IMG/VR virus record: IMGVR_UViG_3300007541_000209 | Coordinates: 1 to 24,546 of that record | Reading direction: 5' to 3' (one strand) | DNA length: 24,546 bases | DNA from: a virus | Lineage: Duplodnaviria; Caudoviricetes | In this document: positions 16,434-24,546 of the stretch, one piece after another | How positions within the stretch are numbered: position 1 is the stretch's first letter | Layout: every line of letters starts with the position of its first letter | Notes under the pieces: model-generated | What the model saw: only the letters and a program-made list of their open reading frames with translations | Told to the model about the DNA's origin: nothing | Databases searched by the model: none | Made by a program: the position numbers and the translations under genes

Positions 16434-19400
16434 TTAAGGCCCAATGCCATAGAAGTCCCATCCTTCTGGGATAGGGGCAAGTATTTCTTTAGCAGTTATG
16501 CCATCTTTGGGGTTTAATAAACCTTCGTCAATCGCTAATTGAATTAGTTCTAAATACGATTCTTCCGAAAGTCCTCTTTTCCTCATTTCTTTGAGGGTGT
16601 TTAAGAGTGTATCTGCCTCAACTGCATCCGCATAGATTTCTCTCAATCTTTGCTTTGCCGCTAAGGAATCGGCTAGATTTGTAAAAAATCCGTCATGAAT
16701 TGTAGCCGTATTAATATTGTTCTTTCTACCCCAGAGATGAAATCTCCGAACAATACTAGCATCATTCATATGATTGCCATTTACTCCCAAACCACTACGA
16801 GCGCCGATAATTGACTGATTTCCAATAAATCTAGAGTCAGTAATTGAGTCTTCGTAGATATTTGATACCTTTCTACCAGTGACAGGGTCTATAAATTCAA
16901 TCCTGTCTTGAACTGTAGGACGATATCGCTGAAATAATACTTTACCATCAACTGTATACCAAGGGATATCTACCTCTTGAGATTCAGTAATGTAAGTAGT
17001 CGCAACTTTTTTCCAATAAGCAACAAATCGTTCCGTAACCGGAGCAATGTCACTTAAGTGGCCAGACATTATTTCTGCAGTTTGTTTAAACTGTTCAGGG
17101 CCAATAATCCCACCACGAGCGTTGGTCAGCTTTCTTACAAACTCTTCTGAATCCGGGTGTAAGTCTTTAGCCGCCGCTAAAAGCTGGTTCCCTACAGGAG
17201 AGCTATTGTTAATTGAATAGTTTACTTCTTTTTTAAAAACCTTTAAATCCTCTACCACAGATAGAGCACCATCGGCTTTTGCTTTTTCGATATTAAGATC
17301 TATTTCTTTATTGAATTGTTTTAATTCATCTTTGGTTATTACTAAATAACCTTTCTTTGATAAAACCTTGGCGAGTTTAGACTCAATTGCACCTGCTTGA
17401 GTAGCCTTTCCCGCTCCATAAAAAGCAACCATTGATTGGCCTTTTGCACCTTTAGCTAAGTCACCAAAATCAATATTATTTCCTATTGGATTTATCTTTC
17501 TAAATCTAGGATCAGAAATAGTTCTTTCTGCTACTAAGTCATAAAGTCTGTTTTTACGGTTTGTGGCCACAACATTAGATGCTTCTGCAAGAGCACGGTC
17601 TCGCGTGGACAAAGCTATTAACTGTGCTCCAGACGCTGAAGCATCGTTTTCATTTGCTAGTTGAGTTTTATAAGTTCTAAGTTTTTTAACATTAGAAAAA
17701 TCGCCATCTACGTGATTATAGATACGTGTATATTCCAAAGCAAATCTAGCTAGTTTAGGGACCTCTTCGGGTTCTATTGATTGTACTAGCGGATGCTCAA
17801 GAAATTCTCGTATTCTACGATCTCTTTGAGTCTGTGAAAGCATAATTTCACCAAGTTCTCTAAATGCTTTTTCATTTTGTCTAAAAGAATTTAATCTGCC
17901 TTGATTAGTTAATACGCTAAAAGCCTCTCCTACTAGAGTACCTAGTTGTATTCTAAGTTCATCTAGTATTTCTTCGTTAATGTTTTTAGCAATAGCAGTG
18001 TTTAAAAATGGTCGAACAAATTCACCACCTGCAGGGTGTAAATACCCTTGAGTATAAAGCCGCCCTCTGCTGTCAATTTGTGCCCAATTTCTCCACCGAG
18101 TATTGTTTACCCGATGCCACCTGATTGCTTGTAACATACCCGCGCCTTGCTCTCCACGCTGTATGATAATTTTTCTAAAACTATTTAGCTCATCATACTT
18201 TTGAACGTTACCTCTAGGATCCCTAAAATGAGCAAGATCATCAAAAAAGGATGCAAAGTCTTTATCTACTTCCCATTCAAAATCCATTGCATGATTTATC
18301 ATGTTAGCAAAGTCGCTATCTATTAAATTTTTTTCGTAATTACCAGAGGCTTTTCTAGTTATTACACTAATATTTGTTTTATTACCACGAGCATCATAGA
18401 AATATTTAGATCCGGCTTTCACATATAAACGGTCTCTTTCATCTACAATACCCATTCTTCGGGAATAAACTATTTCTCTGTTAGCTCTTTGAAGCTCTAA
18501 CATTTTAGGATCTACAATTTGTACTTCTCGAGATATTGTGTCTCTAAAGGTACCTAAGCCGGGTCTTCCTGAATCTAGATCAATAACCCCTCTGCGAGTT
18601 AATCCTCTAAGACCTACCTTTATTTTGCCTTGATCCTTTAAACCTTGTAATATATTTGATCCTATTTTATGATAATCTTGTATTGTAGGAGCTTTAAAAA
18701 ATATATCTACATCTGCTTTTTCAGCTTCATATATTTTTTTACCAATCCTAATTGCAAGTGAATCATAATCTGTAGATTCTCCTGTTGCAATATCTTCTAT
18801 TATTTCAGATAGTAGTTTTATCCTTTGCTTTGCAAATTCTGGAGTAATAGATTTTTGAATAAAGTCTTCTTTCTTTTTAATATAAAACCATTCTAAATCT
18901 AAAAATCTTCTTTTTCTTTCACTACCTTCTCTTAGAAATTTAGTAATAAGAGAATCAGAAGGCTCTCCATTATACTTTCTTATAAATGCTTTTCCAAAAG
19001 GAAGTTTTTCTATTTCCTTAATAAGAGCCTTTTTCGCTTTTTTAAAACTAGGCAAATTAGAGGGAGGCTTTGGAAAGTAAGATCTTAAAGGAGATCTCCC
19101 AGAGTAATATAAAGCTCTCGCAATTGGGAGGCCTTCGTTAACGCTCCAATCTCTAACTAATCTTTGATTTTTAAGAGTTCTTTTAGAGATATCATTAAAT
19201 TCGGTCCACTTACCAAATATTTGAATTTGAGCAGATGTTCCTGCTTCTCCAAACTTATAAAGTTGGGATCTGGCTCTAGATCTCCTATCCAGTATTCTAG
19301 AAGTGTTAACAACAGAATTTTTCATTTCTGCTCTTAATACTGCTGAAAAATTTTCCCAAGGCACTTTATCCTTTTCATATCTTTCGAATATGAGGCGTAA

Positions 19401-20882
19401 GTTCTCTATAACAGCAGACTGTTGATTAATAGAAAGACCATCATTCTCTAAAGAAATTACAAAATTTTCAATAAAGTTTTTTTGTTCTTTAGATAATATT
19501 TTTGAATTATTTAGTAAATCTAATCTCTCTTGAAATACTTTGAAATCCGGTTCGTAGATAAGTGTAGATTTCATTTCACCCGTAAGGGGGTCAATTCCCG
19601 TATTTCTTTCATCAAATTGATTATTGGCTCTACGTCTACTAGTCCTTTTTCCGGGAATTGAAGTTCCCCGGAAATCTGTTAATGATAGCAAAGAATTGAT
19701 ATTAGCGGCCTCTGCTCGATAAAAAAGACGAAGTTCCTCTTCGACACTTTTATTACGAATAAGTGTAGAAGGACGGGACGCATTAATGTTTAAAGCATTA
19801 ATTGCGGTAGGTGATAAAACTTTTTGTCTAACTGGAGCAGTAGTTGTATTTCTATTGTCTAAACGGCGTAACGCTGTTAATGAGAGAGGCTTTCCACTTG
19901 CTGTAACAAAGGTATCTAAGGTTAATTGACCATTATCAAAAAGATCGACTTTTTGGATATCTCCTTGAAAATGTCGAATTTTTACTTCTCGAGTTTGGCG
20001 AGCTAACCATTCTCCATAAGATTCTCGACTAGGAACCGTTTTATTTAACGCTAGAATTTGACTATCTGACAATTTTTCCAATACTTTCTTTTTTACATCC
20101 GGAGAGGTACTAGCTAATAGCTCACTATGAGATTTAACGACAGGCACCAATGTAGAGCGACACCTCCAATGTAAAGGGGGAGTATATCTTGTGTCGTCTA
20201 AATCATACACTTTGCCGTCGTGGTGAGCGCAGATTGCACTTGTACGACTATCCAATACTGCAGTAAATCGCACTCCTTTAATAAGCTCTCTATTTTCTTT
20301 TAATGAATTTAGTTGAGAGGTAGATTGCGTTCTGGTGATTGCAGTTCTGACGAGAGCGCTAGCTTGCGCTTCTGTTAAGCGGGTTGTTCTAACAATTTCA
20401 TTTCTTAATTGCTCATTAGAAAAACCTTTAGCTAACCCGTTGTTTATTTTTGTTTGTATTCGAGTTAACTCACCTGCGCCTAAAGCTTGGATACGCCTGC
20501 TTAGGTTTCCCTCTCCTCGGATGTTAACACCAACAATTTCTTCTAGGACTTTAGTTGCCTTCGGGCGTCTTATATTTGCATATGCGCCGATCGACTTTGC
20601 TAGATTATTGGTGTTAAAATCGAGTTCTGTAATTCCGTAGTCTTTCACACTATTAACTAAAAAACCATCTAGTTCTTTAGAAAATCTTCTAATTTCTGGT
20701 TTAATTACAGAATCGATTGTTTTGGTTCTAGAAATAATTCCTGCATTTTTAAGGGCAGAAGTTAGTCTTTCTCTGTGTCTTCGAATTATTCTTTTAACAT
20801 CGGTTTGAGCATTTTCTTCAAACAATCGAACCATTGCCGCATGGTCTACAATACGATCATAAAGCTCTTCATTAATGCTCAT
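16434..20882 (-). CDS. MuF (SPP1 gp7-like) minor head protein fused to a T7-family single-subunit DNA-directed RNA polymerase, 1482 aa
   Basis: aa 1-~342 MuF: ALVRTAIT...FTAVLDSRTSAICAHHDGKVY...PPLHWRCRS...YGEWLARQ. aa ~860-1482 RNAP: INHAMDFEWEVDK, DSRGRLY (D937), NDASASGAQL (D1080, motif A), KGQSMVAFYG (K1147/Y1155, motif B), WYTVDGKVLFQRY, NGNHMNDAS (H1371), IHDGF (H1396/D1397, motif C). Confidence 0.92.
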   Translation of the reverse strand: MSINEELYDRIVDHAAMVRLFEENAQTDVKRIIRRHRERLTSALKNAGIISRTKTIDSVIKPEIRRFSKELDGFLVNSVKDYGITELDFNTNNLAKSIGAYANIRRPKATKVLEEIVGVNIRGEGNLSRRIQALGAGELTRIQTKINNGLAKGFSNEQLRNEIVRTTRLTEAQASALVRTAITRTQSTSQLNSLKENRELIKGVRFTAVLDSRTSAICAHHDGKVYDLDDTRYTPPLHWRCRSTLVPVVKSHSELLASTSPDVKKKVLEKLSDSQILALNKTVPSRESYGEWLARQTREVKIRHFQGDIQKVDLFDNGQLTLDTFVTASGKPLSLTALRRLDNRNTTTAPVRQKVLSPTAINALNINASRPSTLIRNKSVEEELRLFYRAEAANINSLLSLTDFRGTSIPGKRTSRRRANNQFDERNTGIDPLTGEMKSTLIYEPDFKVFQERLDLLNNSKILSKEQKNFIENFVISLENDGLSINQQSAVIENLRLIFERYEKDKVPWENFSAVLRAEMKNSVVNTSRILDRRSRARSQLYKFGEAGTSAQIQIFGKWTEFNDISKRTLKNQRLVRDWSVNEGLPIARALYYSGRSPLRSYFPKPPSNLPSFKKAKKALIKEIEKLPFGKAFIRKYNGEPSDSLITKFLREGSERKRRFLDLEWFYIKKKEDFIQKSITPEFAKQRIKLLSEIIEDIATGESTDYDSLAIRIGKKIYEAEKADVDIFFKAPTIQDYHKIGSNILQGLKDQGKIKVGLRGLTRRGVIDLDSGRPGLGTFRDTISREVQIVDPKMLELQRANREIVYSRRMGIVDERDRLYVKAGSKYFYDARGNKTNISVITRKASGNYEKNLIDSDFANMINHAMDFEWEVDKDFASFFDDLAHFRDPRGNVQKYDELNSFRKIIIQRGEQGAGMLQAIRWHRVNNTRWRNWAQIDSRGRLYTQGYLHPAGGEFVRPFLNTAIAKNINEEILDELRIQLGTLVGEAFSVLTNQGRLNSFRQNEKAFRELGEIMLSQTQRDRRIREFLEHPLVQSIEPEEVPKLARFALEYTRIYNHVDGDFSNVKKLRTYKTQLANENDASASGAQLIALSTRDRALAEASNVVATNRKNRLYDLVAERTISDPRFRKINPIGNNIDFGDLAKGAKGQSMVAFYGAGKATQAGAIESKLAKVLSKKGYLVITKDELKQFNKEIDLNIEKAKADGALSVVEDLKVFKKEVNYSINNSSPVGNQLLAAAKDLHPDSEEFVRKLTNARGGIIGPEQFKQTAEIMSGHLSDIAPVTERFVAYWKKVATTYITESQEVDIPWYTVDGKVLFQRYRPTVQDRIEFIDPVTGRKVSNIYEDSITDSRFIGNQSIIGARSGLGVNGNHMNDASIVRRFHLWGRKNNINTATIHDGFFTNLADSLAAKQRLREIYADAVEADTLLNTLKEMRKRGLSEESYLELIQLAIDEGLLNPKDGITAKEILAPIPEGWDFYGIGP

Positions 20883-20897
20883 AAAACTCTCCGTTAT

Positions 20898-21140
20898 TTA
20901 TACGATTTCAATATCGCTCTTGTTAACTACTTTTGCAGTTGTACGGTTACTAATTAATACACGATTTTCGTCTATAATAGCCGTAACTGTGTATCCACAA
21001 GAAGTAATAGCGCCTACAGTCACAAGACCTTCTTCTTTAGAGTGATCAATTTCTATAAAAGTTTCAACTACTTCCTCAAACTCACTTTCGGATACTTCTT
21101 CCAATTCTAAAAATTCGTCTTCTAAAAAGGAGTCACTCAT
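20898..21140 (-). CDS. Small acidic hypothetical protein, ~80 aa (start revised to ATG 21140)
   Basis: GAGGTG RBS before MSDSFLEDEF. 16 of the first 37 residues are D/E. Tightly packed between its neighbours. Confidence 0.75.
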   Translation of the reverse strand: MSDSFLEDEFLELEEVSESEFEEVVETFIEIDHSKEEGLVTVGAITSCGYTVTAIIDENRVLISNRTTAKVVNKSDIEIV

Positions 21141-21141
21141 A

Positions 21142-21384
21142 CTACACCTCAAATAGTTCTTTAAGCTGTTCTTCTGTCATAGGTACTTTTCCGAAAGCTT
21201 TAGTATGTTTCTCGGTAGGGGCGATAATCCAAAGATCACCGCGTTTGCCTACAACTTTCCAAAGACCACTTTTAGAAACTAAGCCTTCTTGAATTTTTAC
21301 TTTCTCAGGGACAGAACAGACTACTGCTTCTACTTCTTTAGTTGCAGGTCGTCCTCTCTTTTTTGTTTCTTTTACTTCAACCAT
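21142..21384 (-). CDS. Small hypothetical protein with AT-hook-like KKRGRP motif, 80 aa
   Basis: Start overlaps the portal stop by 8 nt. N-terminal TKKRGRPATK followed by a small beta-rich domain. Confidence 0.75.
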   Translation of the reverse strand: MVEVKETKKRGRPATKEVEAVVCSVPEKVKIQEGLVSKSGLWKVVGKRGDLWIIAPTEKHTKAFGKVPMTEEQLKELFEV

Positions 21385-23041
21385 TGTCTTTTCCTTCGTC
21401 TTTATTATTCGTTAATACTTCGGGCTCTTTTGCTTGAGCATTGATTAAATCATCAAGAGGTTGAGGATCAAGTCCTCCCATGATAATGTCATCCTGATTT
21501 ATTTCTTCTTGACCTTTTATGTCATCATAATCTGAATGAATTATATCGTTTGCCTTAGCAATATCAAGAAATGCAGATCGTGGAATAAGACCACCCGTGT
21601 ACCATTCTGTAACTAACCTTAACCAGTCTGCGCCAATTGGTGCTGGATTTAAATCAGGTGTTAAATTAAATGTAATATCTGACATTTTATAATCTGTTCC
21701 ATACTTCCAGTTTAACATCCAACAAATTATTTTAGTCATTTGTTGTGAAACTTTTGTAGAAATTGAGGCTAGTAAAGCAGATTGTCCGGCGTTTCTGATT
21801 TCTAGAGCTACTCCAGAATCTCTGCCACTTCCGCTTTCAGGGGCCATCATCCTTATTCCAAGGCGAGCCATTTCATTAACAGTGTTTTGAATTACCAACT
21901 CCATATCTCGTAAAGCACGAGAGGGAGTTTCTAGAGCCTTAACATCATCGCCCTGCTGAACTTTAATCCAAGAACCTAAGCCTGCTGAAACAACATCTTC
22001 AAATTGATCGTCTGTCATATCTGAAATTACAACTGGTGTGTAAGTTGCCGCTCCTAATAACAAATGATTACGACGTGACACTTTGTTGTAGAGGCTTACT
22101 TCTCTGTCAATTAATGGCATTAAAACAGGCTCTTCACCTTCAATATTTCCATTTAAAGGGACTGCTGGGATATAGTCAAACAATTTGTTGTTTGCCATAA
22201 TTTGATCGTAAGTTGCAACTTTTTGCCACATATTATTTTTAGAAGTTTTTGCACCGTGCATTCCACCGGATACTTCATAGTCTTGTTGTGCAACACCGTT
22301 AATAAAGTTCACATTAGCAGATTGCTCTGCTCTAAGCTCATACTTATCAACAACATAAATTCCCTGTTCATTTATTCTATGAACATAGGCGCACTCTACA
22401 TAGTCTGGATGCAGAGGATTGTCTCTATATACTGTCTCATAACTTCTTACAACTAATGCGAGTAAGCAATTTTTTCCAGTACGAGGATGAGCCCCTGTTC
22501 TCCAGTTTACTACTGATTCCGCGTTTAAAAGCACTGGGTAAGGCGCAAGCATTTTACGCTCTTCTAAGCTTAATGCGTCATAGTTAGGTACAGAAGGGTA
22601 ATCCACTATTACCCATGCTCTTGAAGTTTGGAGTTCCTCAAACAAGGCTTCGTCCAAAAAAGATAATATAGAATTATTTGAAGAGGTAAATGAGTTACGA
22701 AGCCAATCTAGAGCGCCTTCAGGGGCGCTTTCTGGTAGTGTAATTTCAGGTTGCTTGCGGAGCATTCCTCCAATAAGTACTTTGATATATTGTGCGGTTA
22801 GCCCAGGAAGCTCTGCTTCTGCTCTATAAAACGCATATTGCTCGGGAGTCATGCTTGGAGAAAAGGGCAATAAAATATTTTTAAAGCCGTAATTATCAAG
22901 TATTGAGTCTAACTCTTTAACTTGAGATTGGCCATTAAGAATTCCTCTTGCAGTTCTCCAAAGTGGCTTAAGCGACTCGTATTTGGGATGCGGATCTCCT
23001 ACAGATTTAGAACGATTCGCAGACGTAGCTGTATTAGCCAT
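21377..23041 (-). CDS. Portal protein (DUF4055-like), 554 aa
   Basis: Directly after the terminase. Size fits; HPKY...W, YAFYRAEAEL...RKQP and IPAVPL...P.LMPL motifs; acidic C-terminal tail; AGGAG RBS. Confidence 0.88.
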   Translation of the reverse strand: MANTATSANRSKSVGDPHPKYESLKPLWRTARGILNGQSQVKELDSILDNYGFKNILLPFSPSMTPEQYAFYRAEAELPGLTAQYIKVLIGGMLRKQPEITLPESAPEGALDWLRNSFTSSNNSILSFLDEALFEELQTSRAWVIVDYPSVPNYDALSLEERKMLAPYPVLLNAESVVNWRTGAHPRTGKNCLLALVVRSYETVYRDNPLHPDYVECAYVHRINEQGIYVVDKYELRAEQSANVNFINGVAQQDYEVSGGMHGAKTSKNNMWQKVATYDQIMANNKLFDYIPAVPLNGNIEGEEPVLMPLIDREVSLYNKVSRRNHLLLGAATYTPVVISDMTDDQFEDVVSAGLGSWIKVQQGDDVKALETPSRALRDMELVIQNTVNEMARLGIRMMAPESGSGRDSGVALEIRNAGQSALLASISTKVSQQMTKIICWMLNWKYGTDYKMSDITFNLTPDLNPAPIGADWLRLVTEWYTGGLIPRSAFLDIAKANDIIHSDYDDIKGQEEINQDDIIMGGLDPQPLDDLINAQAKEPEVLTNNKDEGKDNG

Positions 23042-23053
23042 TTAAGTCTCCTA

Positions 23054-24394
23054 TTAAAAATTATGTGATTGCTTGGAACGTACCTTTGTTCCGCTTGTGA
23101 CTGGGAATAGATACTCAGTAGCGTATCTTACTCCATCGGAGTGGTGCTCTTCACCCGCCGATTTATCAATCATAGCAGAATCTGGGTTGTTTTCTTTCCA
23201 TGAAGTTCGTTCCATAGATTTAATTGTGTGCTTGCATCTGGGATGAAATAACATATTGACATGCCCACTAGCGGTTTTTAATTGTCTATTCACTGCCGCT
23301 ACAGAGTCAATTAATGCAGGCGCTTTACTTCTTGCAATAGTTTCAAGATTATATGATTGCAAAATAGAAAAGTCTGTACGTCCTACAGATGCCGAAGACT
23401 TTCTAGCTCGACCGCTTGGGTCTGGAAAACATTTTACGTCATGTCCCTTTTGTACAAAACGCTTTTGTAGCGTTTTTGCTAGGGATTCTGTATCGGGATG
23501 CCCTATAAAATCTTCAATAAACTGCATTTGATTTCCCCTAAGAGCAAATAAGGAACACGCCATAATTGAAACGTTAAAGTCGATACAGGCGTAAACAGTC
23601 TCTCCCGGTTGAAAATCAATAATTGTTTTATCTACATGATCTTTTCTGTTAAAATTATAAAATACAGAGTTACCAGATTCATCAAAAGATGCTTCGTACT
23701 CTCGTTTAAATTTAAAAAAGTCAATAGTATGTTTTGTTTTCTCAATTTCTTCTTCGTCTAAATAAGGAGAGTCTTTATATGTAAAATGGTAAGATTTCCA
23801 ATTATTATCAACTGCTTCAAAATTAAACATATCATAAAAATAATCTCTACCTTTAGGGGTAGAAATAATAAGAGCCCTTCCCGGGGAGGGCGCTCCAAAT
23901 TCTTTAGCTCTGTCAGGAGACCAACGAGTAGTTAAACAGGGCTGTATAATACTTTCCCAAGATTCTTTAAAAGAGCCACCTGCTCCTCTCCAAGTAGTAA
24001 CCTCATCTAGTACTGCAAAATATTGGCCAGATCCTCGAAGTCGTTCGGACGCTTCATATGACCATAATTTAAGTACTACATTATTAGGAAACCAGAAAGT
24101 GCCGCTATGTTGGGATGATTTGTCGCAGAAGTCTTCCATTCCAAATTGATAAGCAATCAAAGGATAATAGATATCAACAGCCTGCTGATAAGTTGGGCAA
24201 ATTAAGCATACATTTTTGTTTGGAACATCAGCGGGTAATTGTACTAATTCTTGTACAGCCAAGACCGCCGCACAGGCCGCAAGGTAAGACTTACCAAAAC
24301 CTCGAGAAGCGCATACCGCCGCGTAGCGAACGGATTGGTCCACAAACATATCTCTTATAATCTGCGACTGTCCCTCATGTAATGTTATTGACAT
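23054..24394 (-). CDS. terL: Terminase large subunit, 446 aa
   Basis: LHEGQ adenine-binding motif, Walker A ASRGFGKS, Walker B AVLDE, coupling motif ISTPKG, RNase H-like nuclease residues CIDFN and HHSDGVRY. Confidence 0.96.
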   Translation of the reverse strand: MSITLHEGQSQIIRDMFVDQSVRYAAVCASRGFGKSYLAACAAVLAVQELVQLPADVPNKNVCLICPTYQQAVDIYYPLIAYQFGMEDFCDKSSQHSGTFWFPNNVVLKLWSYEASERLRGSGQYFAVLDEVTTWRGAGGSFKESWESIIQPCLTTRWSPDRAKEFGAPSPGRALIISTPKGRDYFYDMFNFEAVDNNWKSYHFTYKDSPYLDEEEIEKTKHTIDFFKFKREYEASFDESGNSVFYNFNRKDHVDKTIIDFQPGETVYACIDFNVSIMACSLFALRGNQMQFIEDFIGHPDTESLAKTLQKRFVQKGHDVKCFPDPSGRARKSSASVGRTDFSILQSYNLETIARSKAPALIDSVAAVNRQLKTASGHVNMLFHPRCKHTIKSMERTSWKENNPDSAMIDKSAGEEHHSDGVRYATEYLFPVTSGTKVRSKQSHNF

Positions 24395-24546
24395 GTTATT
24401 TTCCGTATAAATTGTCTTATATTAAGTTTGATTCTACCGATAAATGTTTGAGCATCGTCTACGTCTTTTTTAATGCCCCTATAACCTAACTCTATATATT
24501 TATTTTTCTTATACCAAATGAATTCTTTTGTTTTATATTTTTCAGG
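24385..24546 (-). CDS. C-terminal 53 aa of an upstream hypothetical protein, 5' truncated
   Basis: Open frame from the window edge (PEKYKTKEFIWYKK...FIRKITCQ*) whose stop overlaps the terL start by 10 nt. Function not recognisable. Confidence 0.5.
   Translation of the reverse strand, partial: PEKYKTKEFIWYKKNKYIELGYRGIKKDVDDAQTFIGRIKLNIRQFIRKITCQ

Larger units (their letters stand above)
1..24546 (-). mobile_element. Tailed phage (siphovirus-like) head-neck-tail morphogenesis module; free phage or prophage not determinable
   Basis: Co-oriented, tightly packed terminase-portal-MuF-scaffold-capsid-connector-tube-chaperone-tape measure-tail tip genes. No sheath or baseplate wedge genes. No host genes, integrase or att site in the window. 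Confidence 0.97.

Noticed and set aside
16434-18300. C-terminal domain as a family A DNA polymerase or a MuF-type toxin
   Set aside because: DxRGRxY, DASASG, WxTxDG and NxxHxxDA are single-subunit RNAP signatures. PolA-type DYSQIELR and HDE motifs are absent, and no toxin motif or downstream immunity gene is evident.
11350-24360. Remaining small plus-strand ORFs (e.g. 12014, 12288, 12927, 15240, 20335, 23256, 24115)
   Set aside because: All overlap well-supported minus-strand structural genes and show no recognisable features.
4323-24546. Repeated T7-style ~23-bp phage promoters in intergenic regions
   Set aside because: Comparing the short intergenic gaps by eye showed only RBS similarity. 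Promoters for a virion RNAP would be expected in the early region, outside this window.
24385-24546. Partial upstream ORF as terminase small subunit
   Set aside because: The position fits, but 53 residues show no supporting motif, so it is left as hypothetical.

Overview
The whole window is the virion-morphogenesis operon of a tailed dsDNA phage (siphovirus-type, AT-rich), with all genes on the minus strand. In transcription order: partial ORF, terminase large subunit, portal, two ~80-aa proteins (one basic with an AT-hook-like motif, one very acidic), a 1482-aa protein, scaffold, major capsid, head-tail connectors, tail tube, a small unknown ORF, tail assembly chaperones with a -1 frameshift, an HK97 gp10-like protein, a 1889-aa tape measure, distal tail and hub proteins, and a >1442-aa tail tip protein that runs off the window. 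The ORF track misses the tail tip protein. The standout is the 1482-aa protein. It is an SPP1 gp7/Mu gpF (MuF) minor head protein fused to a T7-family single-subunit RNA polymerase that keeps the catalytic residues. This suggests an RNA polymerase loaded into the capsid by a MuF tether and ejected with the genome. The second highlight is that the tail tip protein continues into at least 200 uninterrupted, proline-free, Lys-rich Gly-X-Y collagen triplets. Family assignments come from motifs recognised by eye; no database search was run, so novelty is unconfirmed.
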